The notes beneath the pieces were generated by a model, which was not told the DNA's origin, made no database searches, and saw only the letters and a list, made by a program, of their open reading frames with translations. A DNA stretch of 63,529 nucleotides, counting the filler, from Octopus bimaculoides (taxonomy: Eukaryota): the NCBI RefSeq assembly GCF_001194135.2. It is 6 parts of 5 records of this genome, joined end to end, with 100 filler letters (N's around TTAATTAATTAA, not from the genome) between each part and the next. Parts side by side here need not be neighbours in the genome. Positions count along the whole stretch, not along the records: positions 61,672 to 63,529 come from NW_026361142.1; 5 more parts are not named here. One strand, given 5' to 3'. The translations under genes were made by a program, and so were the position numbers. Positions 63,158-63,529 of this stretch are shown in pieces; positions within the stretch are counted from its first letter, which is position 1; each line of letters begins with the position of its first letter.

Positions 63158-63529
63158 TAGATACACACACACGCTCTGCATACCTTACGACATTACAATA
63201 CAGTAATCCCTCGACTATCGCGGTTGTTACATTCCAAAAACCCCAGTGATAAGTGAAAATCCGCAAAGCAGAAACAAAAGTGTGCTCTGTTTTTTAGCTT
63301 TAGCTTAGAGCTGTGGCCATGCTGGTGCACTGCCGTTTTGCTACACTGTTATTATTGAGAGCCTCCTTTGATATGTAGCATTTGATGAATAGGGGCGTCT
63401 GATGTCACTACCTTCATTTGCACCTCTTGCAGCGAGGTAGGTTCGTCTGGGACGCGCTCGACAGGAAGACGTCCAGTTCTCATCTGAAAACACCTACATC
63501 CACTTTGTGTAGGTCCTTCAGGCTCTTTG

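Overview
AT-rich, microsatellite- and transposon-dense animal genomic DNA with 15 N-gaps (about 4 kb). The SINE/RTE/Penelope/Helitron content looks like octopus or coleoid DNA (inference, not verified). The one confidently identified gene is FAD synthase (FLAD1-like) on the minus strand. Five phase-compatible GT-AG exons (54937-54793, 53149-53069, 52208-52110, 47949-47828, 46593-46452) encode most of the PAPS-reductase-fold synthase domain. Its terminal exon and any N-terminal domain exons are not visible in the window. A plus-strand first coding exon (4471-4718) has a presequence-like N-terminus and ends in a motif resembling TesB/ACOT8 thioesterases. Most of the rest is decayed mobile DNA: a Helitron split by a piggyBac derivative, a second Helitron fragment, Penelope, RTE, mariner/Tc1 copies, hAT and piggyBac MITEs, and tRNA-derived SINEs. 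Best leads: a minus-strand pri-miRNA-like hairpin (36930-37014) in a TE-poor island; inverted repeats bracketing two symmetric FLAD1 exons; an unassigned decayed coding region (about 26.4-28.3 kb); a chain of candidate minus-strand exons (29.8-35.5 kb); and a candidate structured RNA (33314-33456). No database searches or folding programs were run. All homology calls come from recalled motifs, and repeat boundaries are approximate unless TSDs are given.
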